A stretch of 64,000 bases of DNA, from assembly GCF_009914755.1 (NCBI RefSeq), contig NC_060938.1; one strand, 5' to 3'. Positions 15,023-28,179 of the stretch are shown here, one piece after another. A program made the position numbers and the translations under genes. The notes beneath the pieces are model-generated. The model saw only the letters and a list, made by a program, of their open reading frames with translations. It did no database searches and was not told where the DNA came from. Numbering within the stretch: position 1 is the first letter of the stretch; every line of letters starts with the position of its first letter. Origin of the DNA: the human T2T-CHM13v2.0 reference genome, Homo sapiens.

Positions 15023-15514
15023 ACTGAAAGTTCATTCCATTATTTGTAGATAGTCGAGTTCAGAAGTAAGGGTGAATTTTATTTACTGATTAAAAGTATA
15101 GAGATTCAGAGACCCTCAGAAATTAGAAAATTATTTTAACAAGAGAGTTTATGAAAATACTATTCTTGAGGGATAAGTGATTTGTATATATTTACCTAAA
15201 AGTAATTTTGTTGGTGCAATAATTATGTAAATGCATTCTTGCTATATATGGTGCCATAAAGTATGCAATGGAAATAACACACTGATGAAATAATGACTAT
15301 ACTGCATTCAGCAGAATCCAAATAAACATCTTCAATGTTGGTGCATGTTTAGCATAAGTCAAAAGAAAAAAAAATGTGGCACTTCTCACTTATCCATTTT
15401 GTTTTGTATAGTTTTATGATCTTTACACTATATTTATAAATTATCTGCTGCTTGAATTGACTCCTATCACAGTGTTGTTATATTTTAGTGTCATAAATTA
15501 GACATAAAAATTGA
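15023..15514 (+). pseudogene. Two candidate ghost exons (15023-15065, 15412-15514), possible REM/linker
   Basis: Donors GAA|gtaagg and TGA|gtaaga; strong acceptor ttttgttttgtatag; peptides x*KFIPLFVDSRVQ and FYDLYTIFINYLLLELTP. Homology unclear. Confidence 0.25.
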
Positions 15515-16148
15515 GTAAGACTGAACTGAATATTTAATTACATGGTATTATTAATAGTTATAAATTTCAATGTTTTCCTTATCTATATTTTATGTTTTAG
15601 CTTTAATATATAAGCAATTAAATAATTTAACAGATGACTAATGGGGAATGCATTTAAATGTATTACTTAAATATTTAAAGACTAAATTAAAGCTTCAACA
15701 TGACAATATTGTTAAATAACCTAAGATGAGAGATACATTACTTTTTAGGTATACTTTTAGAAAATACACACATATGGTCACTAGCCCTGCTTATACAAAG
15801 TATTTATGACCTTAATAAACAAGGACCTTGACAAAGAAACCTCTGAAGTGACTAGGAGAACTTATTTTGACTTTGATATTGTTTATCTTCTTTAAATATG
15901 TACTTAGTTCTTCAAATTAATTTTATTTTAAAATATTCCATATTTTATTCTGTATATCTACAAATAAATATATTGTATATATTTATTTATATTTGTAAAA
16001 CTACTTTATACATATACTTGTGTATACACATATGTGTATATACTGTATTTGTATGTATGTGTATAGACTGTACATATATACACTCATGTATAATATATAC
16101 ATAAAAGTACATATATATTATACACACACACACATACACACACATATG

Positions 16149-16462
16149 CAGTCAGTCTTCAGTGTCCATGGGGAATTGGTTTCAGGACCTCCTGCGGGTA
16201 CCAAAATCCACAGATGCTGAAGTCCCTTATATAAAATGGTGTAATATTTGCTTATAACCTATGCATATTCTCCTGTATACTTTAAATCATCTTGTAATAC
16301 AATGTAATGCTGTGTAAATCGTTGTTATACTGTATTGTTTAGGGAATAATGACCAAAAAAGTCTTACATATTCAATACGGATGCATTTTTTTTTCAAACT
16401 TTTTGATCCACAATTGGTTGAATTCATTGGTGTGGAACCCATAGATATAGATGACTGACTAC
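16149..16462 (+). mobile_element. MER2 (TcMar-Tigger)
   Basis: cagtc...ccatggggaattggtttcaggacc...gactgact inverted ends. Confidence 0.85.
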
Positions 16463-16833
16463 ATATAAAAATGAAAGTAAAATTAAATTATAAAGTGATA
16501 AAAAATAATTTTTAAATATATGACATAAACAGTTTAACAAAGTAAAAGGTTTAGGAAAAAGTAGAAAAAAAAGTTTAAAGTTAAAAATAAAATTCTACCA
16601 CAGCAATAGCATACAAAATGACAAGGTATCATCGTGATCAGAAGAAAGAATTCACCTAGACTTGGCAATTGTTTTGTTTTCCTTTTATTGCCTGAAGTAG
16701 TATTATGCTAAAGAAATGGCATTTCTAATCTCAGTTTAGTTAGGTATCTATTTTATATTCTGAAGTACAAATAATATAAAATAAAATCAATGAATAAATT
16801 ATACCTGAAAAACAACTTTATTTCTCAACTCAG

Positions 16834-16946
16834 AGGTGGCCATAAATTGAGGAGAGATTCATTTATAATACCTCAATGAACTGAAATTTAATAATGTTTT
16901 GTCAAATAGATAGTAGTCTTCAAAATATTATGTGATCCTTGCTGAG
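16834..16946 (+). pseudogene. Ghost exon: start of CDC25/RasGEF domain
   Basis: Bounded by ctttatttctcaactcag| and GAG|gtaaaa. EVAIN*GEIHL*YLNELKFNNVLSNR**SSKYYVILAE aligns ungapped to [27 protein letters not shown]; three stops are one substitution from the expected L, E and W codons. Confidence 0.6.
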
Positions 16947-17354
16947 GTAAAATGATGGGAAGTTTGATAACATGATTTTCCAATTTAATATTGTTTCTAA
17001 ATGAATTTTCAAATACATAACATTTGAAAATCAATATAGGTTTTCTGATATATGATGTTTATTTTCCCAGTTTTTGAGAAATTTTGCTAAAATGTATTCA
17101 TAGTATATGCTAAAGTAGATTTTCTAGACTAGATTTAAGGATTTTTTTTACAGTAATGATATAAAGTGAGATAACCTTCAGATGTATGTTTTAAGCTATC
17201 AGTATTTCTTACATTTGTCACAGCTTGTTTTTGCCCTTAGATTTACTGTAGCAGTTTCTTTGGTGAAATCTGGGCATGTATAAGGTGTTTCTGAGGTTTA
17301 CCCACTGTTGAAAAACATTCTGTATTCTAGGTTTTTGCAATTCCAAATACAGAT

Positions 17355-17470
17355 CACAGAATAGTTGGTCTCAGCATCATCTTGGGGGCTTGTTGGAAAT
17401 GGCGAATATTAGGTCCCGTTTCAGAATACTGCAACAGAATCTCTAATAGTAACAAGATCCCAAAGGATTT
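17355..17470. mobile_element. MER5A fragment
   Basis: cagcatcatcttgggggcttgttggaaatg...aacaagatccc. Confidence 0.55.
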
Positions 17471-17799
17471 ATACAAATACACACACAAACACACTTTAGC
17501 AAGCACCTAGGACCAACCCCATTAAACATTACTTTGTAGGACTTCTAAAACCATTTACTAAAATCAGTGGCTTGATTTTTCATGATAATGAACTTCAAGG
17601 TTAATTGAAATCTAGATGTCATTACTTCCTTGTTTCTCTTCCTTGGTAGGAATGATTATAGAATGTTTTTCTAAGAATATCGTAGACACAAAATTTATGT
17701 TGTCAAATGAATGGAGTCGTTTTGTTGACACTACTAGTATGTAGATATCAGTATGTTTTTTGATAGGTATCAATAAGGCACAAAACAATTTCAGAATAA

Positions 17800-18060
17800 A
17801 GTTTTCAGAACCAGCTGCATTTCTGACAGTCATTTCACTGCAGGTGGCTTCTGAATCATTTGATATTGAGATGGTAGTAAATCTCTTGTTCTGTGGCCAA
17901 CCTCACTACCCAGGGCTATTTTTCCAGAAGAGACAATGCTGAGCAGGAAATATCTGCTTCTCTGTTCCTTGCTGTCCTCTCGGAATCTCATCAGCTGTTG
18001 CTATATAAAGACTTCATAGCTGTGTATTTCAGAAACTTTTGTCAGCTGTTTTATTATCAT
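17800..18060. promoter_or_regulatory. Candidate myogenic-type enhancer
   Basis: E-boxes at 17812, 17841, 17992 and 18043, plus MEF2-like sites at 17915 and 18001. Confidence 0.3.
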
Positions 18061-18699
18061 ACAGATCCTCAGCATAATTGTCAATAGACCATGCATACTT
18101 GCCATCATCCTAAGATTTACTAGCTTTCATTTATTTATCAATCCAATGAGACCACTAATAATCCTGATACTCTCTGAGCTTTTCCCCATCACTTGGTCTT
18201 CAAATGATTGAACTGTCTGTAGACACCACCATCTCAAGAACTCAGAATCTTTCAGGGGTAACAAAGTCTTATTTCTCTAGGTCAATAAAGGCTTTTGAGA
18301 GAAGACTTTTCAACTAATCTTACATGAAATATGAAAAAGGATTTCTCAACTCTGATATGGTAGTTTTATTTTACCCAAGATAAAAGCCAGTTGTTTTTTA
18401 AGTGGAACAAAGCGCATCACTTTGGCTGTTATCTGTCCCCTTTCCAGACTGGAGTTAGGCTCAGCTCAAACCTACATAATTCTCCATTTCAACAACACAC
18501 TCGTGAGTTGAAACAAAATTAAATGGAGTGTCTTCACCTTTGAGTTACAAAATTATGTCCTATACTGCATTGCTATATTATTACTTATTTTTTTCCAAGT
18601 AAAACAACTTGTGAACTACAAAATTGCATGACTAGAGAAATAACAAAACCCCACAAAAACAAAAACTGTCAATAAAAACCCAAAACCAAAACAAAGTGA

Positions 18700-19640
18700 A
18701 GTAACTTAGAAGATAGCAAGATTTATTATAAAAATATAATAATTTAGATAGGTGCTCTTTGACTCAGGAATTGACAAAGAAACCAAAGAAAACCTAGAGG
18801 CCCTAAAAGCAAAGTAATAGGTAATCAGATATTGACTTATGAGAGACAGGGCATTAAAAAGCAGTGGGATAAAATACCCTTTTTGTATAATTGTGCTGAA
18901 ACAATTGGCAATCCATGCATGGAGAAAAATGTAATTGGGCTTCAACTTGACACCATACAAAAGGTAGATTATTAGATCTGAAAAGCAAAAGTCTAAAATT
19001 TAAGATAATATTATAGAAGAATTTTCATTACATTTTGACAGGGAAGAGATTTTTTAAGTAAAAAGCACTGACAGGAAAAGAAAGATGGGTAAATTTAACC
19101 ATAAAAAATTAAAAGCTTTTTATCAAGAGATTATACACTATTGTGAAAGTGATAAAACAAGTCATGAAATCAAAAAAGGTATTTGTAAAATGAGTTTGAC
19201 CAATACTTTGTATCCAGAACACTAAAAAAATGCTCCTACAAATAATTAAGAAAATAAAAGGAAACCTAGCTAGTAGGAAAGTGAATAAAGGGGAAAAATT
19301 CAAATGACATGTTAATGTATGGAATGGTATTTTGCTTTATTAGCAATTATTATGTGCAAATAAAAAATATTACATGGAGCAATATGCCCATCATATTGGA
19401 AAAATGAACTAGTTTGACAATAGGAAGGTTTCCTGAGCATATGAAATAATGGAACTTCCATGCCCTTGAGGAATTGGCATAACCACTTTGCAAAGTTTGG
19501 TATCATCTGATAAAACTGAAGATACATGTATTCATGGATCCACTAACTCTCTTTCTTATTGCATCTTCTCAAGATACGTATGTACGTAAAATAACATTAT
19601 TTGTAAAAGTTCAAACTGGAAATCATCTATACTTTTATCA
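18700..19640 (+). mobile_element. Old L1M ORF2 3' fragment
   Basis: A-rich degenerate L1 sequence (tgctgaaacaattggcaatccatgc). Confidence 0.65.
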
Positions 19641-19699
19641 TTCCTTAACTATATGATTAAATTATTATATAGTCATGGCATGGAAGACTACAGAGCAAT

Positions 19700-22550
19700 G
19701 ATTTTTTATTGCTATTCTTTTTTGTTGCTGACTAGTATTACATTGTATAGATATACCAGTTTCTTCTTTCATTTGCTGATTGAAAGATATCTTGTTTCCA
19801 ATTCTTGGAGTGTATGAAGTGGCTAGTAACTGTGCCATATAGGTTTTTTGTGTGTGTGAATATAAGTTTTCTTTTCTCTTGGGTAAATGCCTACGAGTAG
19901 GGTTGCTTGATAATATGATAAATGTTTGATTAATTGCATGAAGAATGGCCAAACCATTTTTGAAAGTGGTTGTTCCACTTTACATCTAAGAATATATAAA
20001 TATTTCAGTTGGGGGTTTTCAGCACTTCATGCTCTCTGTTTATTTTAATTGTTTTTTTTTAACCATTCTATAGAGTGTGTAGTGTTATGTCATATTTTTG
20101 ATCTGCATTCTAACAACCAATGAAGTTAAGTACTCTTTTCAAATGTTTATTCGCCACCATATATCTTCTTTGGTGGTTTCTGTTTAGATCTTTTCCATTT
20201 TTAATTTATTTATTTTCCAATTGTTGATTTGTGAGAGTTTCCTATAATTTCTGGATGCAAGTCATGTGACAGAAATATATGCATTTAACAAGTATTTTTG
20301 TCCAGCTGTATCTATCTTTTCAGTCTTTCAACAATGTCTTTTCCAGACAGAAAGTACAATTTATATTTTCATTTATGAGTCATGCTCTCAGTGTCCTATC
20401 TAAAAACTCTTTGGGTCCAAATCCAAGATCACAAATATTCTCATTATAATCTTTTTCTAGATGTTTTATAACTTTGTGGTTTGCATTTAAATGTTGTAAT
20501 ACATTTTAAATTATTTTTTAGATAAGGTATAAGATGAATTGAGGTACACAGTTTTGTGTATGGATGTTCAAATTTTCAAGCAGCATTTCTTTTAAAGATG
20601 TATCCTTTAACCATTCACTTGCCTTTGCACCTAGAAAAAAATATCAGTTGACAGTGGAGGTCTATTCTGGGCTTTCTGTTCTACTCTATTGATTGATGTG
20701 TTCATCTTTTCATTAATATCACCCTACCTTGGTTTCTGTTTTTATCTGTATAATTGTTGATGTTTTTGCTTTATTTGGGTTTATTTTCTTAAATTTCTTA
20801 TCATGGAAGCATAGATTACTGATTTAAGACTTTTCTTCTTTTCTAAAATAAACACTTAGTGCTGTACATTTTTCTCTAAGCATACCTCTAGTGGCATTCC
20901 AATCATTTTGATCTGTTGTATTTTCATTTACACTCAGTTAAACATAGAGTTGCATTTAATATTTCTTCTTTCATGCATAGGTTATTCAGAAGTATGGTGT
21001 TTAACTTCCAGGTTTTCAGGGGATTTTTTCAAATAGCTTTTCTTTTGTAATTGACATCTAGTTTAAGTATGTTATTGGAAACACACTTTGTTGAATTTCT
21101 ATTCTTGTACATCTGTTAAGAATTGTTTTATGACCCAGAATAGAGCATATCTTGGTGATTGCTTCATCTGCACTTGAAAAAAAATGTATATCTGCAATTT
21201 TTGGGTATTCTTTAAATGTCAATTAGATCAAGTTAGTAATTACAACATTTAAAAAATCATAATGGTTGCCCTATGTTATACAATAAACATCTTTGATTAA
21301 CCACTGCATCTTCAAATAATATGATATTTCACATATAAGTACTTCACAATGGTATATTCCTAATTTCGCTCTCCCATCTTTGTATTGTGGTTGGCATATA
21401 TTTTACTTTTACATATGCTATAAATGTACATTTACTTTATACTATTTTTAACTTACATATCAGTTATCTTCTAAAGCAATGAAAAACAAGAAATAAGTAA
21501 AGAATTTTAAACTGTTATTTATGCTAGTATTCTTTTTACTGTGCAGATCTGTATTGCTGTCTACATTGTTGTCTTTCATCCAAAGAACTTCGTTTAATAT
21601 TTCTTATAGTGTAGGCTGGAAATGAATTCTTTCCATTTTTGTTTGAGAAAGACTTTACTTCTTTTTTTGGAAAGACATTTTGTTGTTACTAGATATAGTT
21701 AAATAGATATATTTCCTTTTGCTAGGCCTTCAGTATAGGTGTCTGAATTACTATAGTCAGAGGTTGGACTGGGCTTGAAATTTGTTGCTATAGTTACCCA
21801 CAGTGCATCACAGACTTCAAATTCCTCTGGCAAAACCTTTGGTTTAGGATGGGGGCTAGTTGGCTTGAGGATTGTTTAGAGTGGGGACCAATTTACAATT
21901 TCTCAGTACCAGCTCCGTCTTCAACTTTCAGTCTTCCTTTTGTACTGTACCTCCATGAGATTTGCTTCTGTATTCATTATCCCAGTCATAAAGAGCATGG
22001 TGGAGGTGTTTTCTGATAATTTATTATTATGCCTTAATCTTAGGCAGTTTCTGTGTTTCTAAATATTAAGATTGTGGCCTTCACAATTTCTCCTGCCGTG
22101 CTTCAGCTGCAGCCTTTGGCTCAAGATGTTTTCCTCCCTCTCCCCAGGTGTTAGTGTTTTCTGGTTCTTTCTCCTTATTGCAGTTGTTTTTTCCTAGTGC
22201 CCTAAAGTTGACAGTCTTTGTTGTCTTCCCCCTATGAATTAAAAATGTGTTCCAAAAGGAAATAAAATCGTTTTCAAAAAAAATTCTACAGCTATTTATG
22301 TCCTGTTATGCCTTTCCTAACTGAAGCCACAGAAAATGAAAACTTGCATCATACTTTCCCCCATCTCCAAGAATGAACTGCCCACCAGAGTCTGTTGCTT
22401 CTGTTCATTCTTCATGGACTTCAAGGTGCTGTTTCGTATGTTATGCTGAGGTTTTACAGCTGTTTTCTGCAGGTAGATACTCCCATTACAGTCCTCTCCC
22501 TTCATTGCCCTCTGAATACCTGAATATGTTTTTCTATGGGTTTCTATTGC
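19700..22550 (-). mobile_element. Old L1M fragments
   Basis: Degenerate L1 3'/ORF2 and 5'-type sequence in antisense. Confidence 0.65.
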
Positions 22551-22700
22551 TTTTATCAATCTGACCTCATGGCTTCAGGAGTTATTTAGTTTCTAGATTT
22601 ATAATTTTACCTTTCTTGTTTTTCAATGAGGAAATTATTTTGCCCTAAATATGAATATAAACATGAAAATAGACACAAATACAAACATTTATTTAAATTT

Positions 22701-22988
22701 GGCTGGGCGCGGTGGCTCAAGCCTGTAATCCCAGCACTTTGGGAGGCTGAGGCGGGCAGATCACAAGGTCAGGAGATGGAGACCATCCTGGCTAACAAGG
22801 TGAAACCCCGTCTCTACTAAAAATACAAAAAATTAGCCGGGCATGGTGGCAGGCGCCTGTAGTCCCAGCTACACGGGAGGCTGAGGCAGGAGAATGGCGT
22901 GAACCCGGGAGGTGGAGCTTGCAGTGGCGCCGCTGCACTCCAGCCTGGGCGACAGAGCGAGACTCTGTCTCAAAAAAAAAAAAAAAAT
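22701..22988 (+). mobile_element. AluY-family with ~10-nt internal deletion in right arm
   Basis: gaccatcctggctaacaaggtg, gagaatggcgtgaacccggg; poly-A; imperfect TSD aaa(c/t)atttattt. Confidence 0.93.
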
Positions 22989-23332
22989 ATTTATTTGGTA
23001 TATCTTGATCAATCTCTTTCAAACCTTTTCTAAAACTATTTCCTCGTTTAAAATGGAAAGTGACATTACATCTCACTCCATAATCTAAAATGTTTACAAT
23101 TCATTGCCCATTTCCCCAAAGCCTTTTAATTTCTCCAAACAGCTTTTAATTTCCAGGAAATGTTCCTAGATGTAAAATGTGACTTTATGAATAATTTCTG
23201 CATTTCCCTTTTGGGCAAGTTGCTGCTTGTCTGGCAAGCTTTAAAAGATATTTTCAAAAAAGACTTAAAAGGGAGCAGTAATTAGCTTTTTTTAACTTTG
23301 AAACATTCTGTTTGGATTTTGTTCCACATCAA

Positions 23333-23469
23333 GAATATTTTGTAAGGTATTTCAGAGGAAATTTATCTACCTCCCTTTTAAAAATGAATTTAATGCCATA
23401 TGATACAATATCTATGAACGAGTTTAATGAAACCTTTTGCATTCGAAGATTTTATCTTGAAAACTTAAG
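23333..23469 (+). pseudogene. Ghost exon: CDC25 'FIRRFN...ERA..L..FI' region
   Basis: Donor AAG|gtaacc; EYFVRYFRGNLSTSLLKMNLMPYDTI, then frameshifted YERV and AFEDFILK. Retains CpGs in AT-rich context. Confidence 0.55.
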
Positions 23470-24973
23470 GTAACCATGACACGTGACATGTTTTTACTAA
23501 CTATGCTATTAATGGCTATAAATTAATTTATCTAGGATATTAATATTGAATGTACAATGTTAAAGATTTCTCAACAATCAGACATGTACTTTTAAAAAGA
23601 TATTTTATTCATATTGCTTTACACTAAAATATTTTTATTACTTTACATATCTTAAATATTTTGATAGTTCACTTTATTAGTACTGTTAAAATTAGTGATA
23701 TTAATCCTTGTGACCGACTTAAAGTTACATCATCTTTGTATACTGTTTATATAACTGTGCTCTTGTTATAATCCCCGGTCTGTACCTAAAATAATAAATG
23801 ACTAATCACTAGTATACACAGCAGAACATTGGAAAATTGCATTAGCCCCATACTCAGAAAAAGACAATGCAGAAGAGAATCTTTCTGACTTATTTTGTGG
23901 TAGAATAGATCATCTATTATGTCTCCCTAAACACAAATGTTCCACCTAAATAGATGGACATTTTCTAATCAATTCCAGTGATTCGTTAAAACCATCTCTC
24001 CAAATGAATCAACATGGGAAGTATTACAGATGATAATATATTATATTTTAACATATTTAAATTTAATACTAGCTTGCATCTATTAGAGATAACATTTAAA
24101 TAATTTAGTCTTCTTGCATAAATTTGCTACTAGTTTCTGATATAATTTTCAAACATTTGAAAAGAACTAATTGGATTTAAAGTTATTAGGTAGTCTTTAA
24201 TGTATATTAAGACAGGAATTGCACTGGATTGCCAAAGTAATAAAACCACTCATAAATTGTAATAACAGGAAAATGAAAAGAATCAAAGAATGGACTATAT
24301 AGCCCTGGGGTAGACAGCACTGAATGACAGTCCTTTTTGTGTCCATTGATTATATGATCTACCTGTTTTTAATTTAAAATAATAAATTTTAAATAGTACT
24401 TTGTTTCCATTATATATACTTGATTAAAATAAAATTTACTTAATTTTTTTTAGAAAATAATAAAGGCAATTGCACTGTACATTGAAACTCATACACAATG
24501 CAGCCCAAATATTACTCACAGAAATTTCTGCCTTTTAAACTATATTTTGCTAAAGGATGAGAGCAATTAAATTAATCACTGAAATATTTTAAAAGAACCA
24601 AACCTTATGAAAACTTAAGAAATTGGGATGAAATAAATATAAAATTACACATTGATTTAAAAAAGCAGAATTAATGAATAACTAATAACTGGTCCTCTGA
24701 AAGAAAAATTAGAAGAGTAAAGCCAGCATATCTCTGGAAAATGTGGTCATAGAAAATAAAACATACTCGAAAAATTTGGAATTTTTTTAATGCCAAGTTT
24801 TTAAAGAAAATTTAAAAAATAAAAAAAATAGGATACATATTTGTACTTACAAATATATTTAAATACTGAGGTACTCTCACTTCTAATAAGCTGATATTGC
24901 TTAGTGTTTGATATTTCATGCTTTATGAGCTGAAGATCTACCGTGAACGTTTGCATTCTGCTGATTTCTCTAG

Positions 24974-25022
24974 GTGCTTATTGAAATACTCAACTTTCAT
25001 GATGCTCTGATGGCTTTGGCAG
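24974..25022 (+). pseudogene. Ghost exon: CDC25 'ELNNFNSLMAI' motif
   Basis: ctgatttctctag| 49 nt |gtgaga; open frame VLIEILNFHDALMALA. Confidence 0.6.
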
Positions 25023-25298
25023 GTGAGAGAATAACTGCATCTGTAGTTTGCATTACTTTATTAGAGATGTTGTTTAGGGCCATAAAGTGTTACAGAATTT
25101 ATTAATAGCTAATTCTGTTTTCAAAATTTATACATGCCTCTTTTCTTCCGGTGTATATCACACGAGAAAACAGTTACAGAGAGATACTTTCCATACTCCC
25201 CAACATTGTACCCCAAGCCACGCTGGCTGTGTTGTGGAATCAAAGCTTTTATGCCAAATTGCTTCCTGTTGATTTTTCTTAACCTACTCATTATCTCC

Positions 25299-25760
25299 TG
25301 TGATGGTTAATTTTGTGTGTCTACCTGACTAGATCAGGGATGCCCAAACTGACTAAACAGTATTTCTGGGTATGTGTATGTGACGGTGTTTCCACATGAG
25401 GTTAGCATTTGAAGTGGGTGAATTTGAATTCACTCAATGAAACTGACTGCCTTCACCTATGTGGATGAGCATCATCAATCTATTGAGGGCTTGAACAGAA
25501 CAAATGGCAGAGAAAGGGAGAATTTGCCCCAGTTTCAGGCAAATGTGAGCTGGGACATCCATCTTTTTCTCTTGCCCTCAAAGCTCCTGGTACTCAGACC
25601 TTCAGACTGACTGGGATTTATACCATCAACTGTCCAGCTCTCATGGCTTCAAACTATACTACCAGCTTTCTTGCTTTCCAGCTTGCTGGTGGCAGATTGT
25701 GAGACTTCTTAGCCTCCATGGTCATGTGAACCAGTTTCTATAATAAATCTCATTATATAT
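25299..25760 (+). mobile_element. MLT2 (ERVL) LTR
   Basis: Starts tgtgatggttaattttgtgtgtc; ends with aataaatctc and a TA-rich tail. Confidence 0.85.
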
Positions 25761-26206
25761 ATATGCATATATAAGATTTATTTCCCATACATGTATCTAT
25801 AAGCATATGAATATAGATTTATTTTATAGATATGTGTATATATAAATATATGTAAAATATATATAGATAGATATACAGATAGCAATTCTCCAGATTCTAA
25901 TAATAATAGTAAAATAGATCATATAAGCCAGTATCAACTACAAGTCTTACACAATGATATCCTGGATAAGTTATTTTAATTAAAGAAATGTCAAGTAAAT
26001 AATATATTTCTAAAGAAAAAAGGAAAAGACAACATTTTTATCTAGTTAGTCATTCAACTAAAATGACATCGTTGTACAAAATATTGCAAAAAGAACCTGG
26101 ACATTCTTTTTATTTTTTGTTTTGTTTGGTTTCTTTGTTTTTGTTTTGGTTTGGTTTAGTTTTTTTGCTTAAACGATATGTGAAAGCATTTTTTTTTATC
26201 TTTTAT

Positions 26207-26258
26207 TTATGTCTATTCACCAAAATGTTCTTGATAAATGGTCAAATGTTGATAGCAG
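26207..26258 (+). pseudogene. Ghost exon: CDC25 'IxRLKKTWxKVxSK' motif
   Basis: Long pyrimidine tract with degenerate AG; phase matches previous exon; (V)MSIHQNVLDKWSNVDSR. Donor CAG|gtattg, but the frame continues YWKK so the end may lie further on. Confidence 0.55.
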
Positions 26259-26321
26259 GTATTGGAAAAAGACATTGGATAGAGTTTATTTTCTTGAAGT
26301 CTTCTCAAGTTATTATATCCC

Positions 26322-26534
26322 TTATAAGAGAGTACCTTGCCTCTTTGGCCATGTGAGAATGTGGAGAAGACAGCCATCTATAAAGCAAGAGGTCAGGCTT
26401 TGCCATACACTGAATCTGCTGGCACCTTCATCTTGAACTTCTCAGCCTCTGGAACTATAAAAAATAAATTTCTCTTATTTTAAAACCACATATTTTATGT
26501 TACTTTGTTATAGCAATGCAAATGGACTAAGACA
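26322..26534 (+). mobile_element. MLT1A-like MaLR LTR, 3' half
   Basis: gaatctgctggcaccttcatcttgaacttc...aataaatttc...ggactaagaca. Confidence 0.8.
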
Positions 26535-26694
26535 ATAATTTATTCTAGTAAAAATGATGGGAATGGTGTCAAATTATTACTTGAAATAGGTTGATTTCTG
26601 GACAGTATTTATCTTTCAATAAGATATGTCAACAATCTATGTCAAAAGCTGATAATAAAATTTTTGTATTAACTAATCTTTTTTACTTTTTAAG

Positions 26695-26750
26695 AAGAAA
26701 TTCTGGATGTAATGACTTTTGGCTGGTAATCACATACTGCTACTTTGGGT
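26695..26750 (+). pseudogene. Ghost exon: CDC25 'EELxELMSxxxNY' region
   Basis: Strong branch/acceptor ctaatcttttttactttttaag|; EILDVMT then frameshifted AGNH. 3' end uncertain. Confidence 0.4.
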
Positions 26751-27014
26751 TATAATGTCTTTCACATAATGAAATCTAGATTTTAGTCCTCTATTTAAAA
26801 AAGGTTCATAGACAAAGTTGAAGTAACCTTTATTAGACTCAGAAAGCATTGACTTTTGAGACAAACATAAATTTATTAATGAAGGAGCTATTTTATTTAA
26901 AAATATATAAATCATGTTTATCCACTACTTGCAGGAATAATTAATACAAATGCACTGAAACTCATTCTTATAGTGAAAATAAAAATTTGTCATATGATAT
27001 CAAATATTGGAGAA

Positions 27015-27569
27015 TGTCACAGGTGTGTGAACCAGAGCAACTCCATCTTAAATAGGAGCTGGGTAAAATGAGGCTGAAACCTATTGGGCTGCATTCCCAG
27101 ATGGTTAAGGCATTCTAAGTCACAGTATGAGACAGGAGGTCAGCACAAAATACAGGTCATAAAGACCTTGCTGATAAAACAGGTTGCAGTAAAGGTGTGG
27201 GCCAAAACCCACCAAAACCAAAATGGTGACGAGAGTGACCTCTGGTCATCCTCACTGCTACACTCCCACCAGCACCATGACAGTTTACAAATGCCATGGC
27301 AATGTCAGGAAGTTACCCTATATGGTCTAAAAATGGGAGGCATGAATAATCCACCCCTTGTTTAGCATATCATCAAGAAATAACCATAAAAAAAGAGGAA
27401 CCAGCAGCCCTTGGGGCTGCTCTGTCTATGGAGTAGCGATTCTTTTATTCCTTTACTTTCTGAATAAACTTGCTTTCGCTTTGCACTGTGGACTCACCCT
27501 GAATTCCTTCTGGCGTGAGAGCCAATAACCCTCTCTTGGGGTCTGGATCGATACCCCTTTCCTATAACA
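27015..27569 (+). mobile_element. MER41A solo LTR (ERV1)
   Basis: TG...CA ends; gaaccagagcaactccatctt start; 4-bp TSD agaa/agat; lacks the MER41B GAS-containing segment. Confidence 0.9.
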
Positions 27570-27739
27570 AGATTATTTAAATAATGTTAGGAAAGCTCAG
27601 CATCATTAAGTTAACCGCACTATTGGAAATGCTAATATTTTATAAGTGTTTCATAAAGGCAAGATTATAAATAACCCTGTATGCAAGTATCTCAGCTCAG
27701 AATACCATATTGAAATAACCACTCAGTTTGAAAGACTTT

Positions 27740-28170
27740 AAACAATTCTTGTAAAACTGTTTAGCAGAGTATGGCAATGGCCTGTGTTACTTATATATCC
27801 ACGGTAGCAGTAGAAATGAGGATAAGTGGATGGATAAGAAATATATTTTTGAGATAGACTCAAATAGGACTTGCTGCTGAATTTGGTATGAGGGTTTAGG
27901 GAAAGAGAGGAAAAAATGATTACTCCTAGGATTCTGGTTGAGCATTTGGTGTGGATGATGGTAACATTTGCTGATGATGAGGAATACTGAGACAAAAGTA
28001 GATTTTCATAGCATAGGATTGGTGAGGACATAAGACAATACTGGACATAATAAGTATGAAAGGCCTACTACATATTAAAGTGGAGATAAAAAAATAATGC
28101 ATGTGCAGGAAGGAGGATAAGGGAGAGATTTAGATATATAGGGGAGAGATTAGGAAGCAGTGATAAATAT
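27740..28170 (-). mobile_element. L2 fragment
   Basis: Purine-rich degenerate L2 pattern. Confidence 0.6.
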
Positions 28171-28179
28171 GAGACATTT

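Noticed and set aside
6671-15478. Shared 14-mer ctatcacagtgttg at ~6671 and ~15464
   Set aside because: Flanks do not align; compatible with chance.
17241-17284. Exon-like IYCSSFFGEIWACI resembling a cNMP-binding FGEI motif
   Set aside because: Weak donor, wrong position within the CDC25 motif order and no other cNMP-domain evidence.
27015-27569. MER41 as an interferon-inducible enhancer
   Set aside because: This copy is the MER41A form lacking the tandem GAS (TTCCGGGAA) segment found in MER41B.
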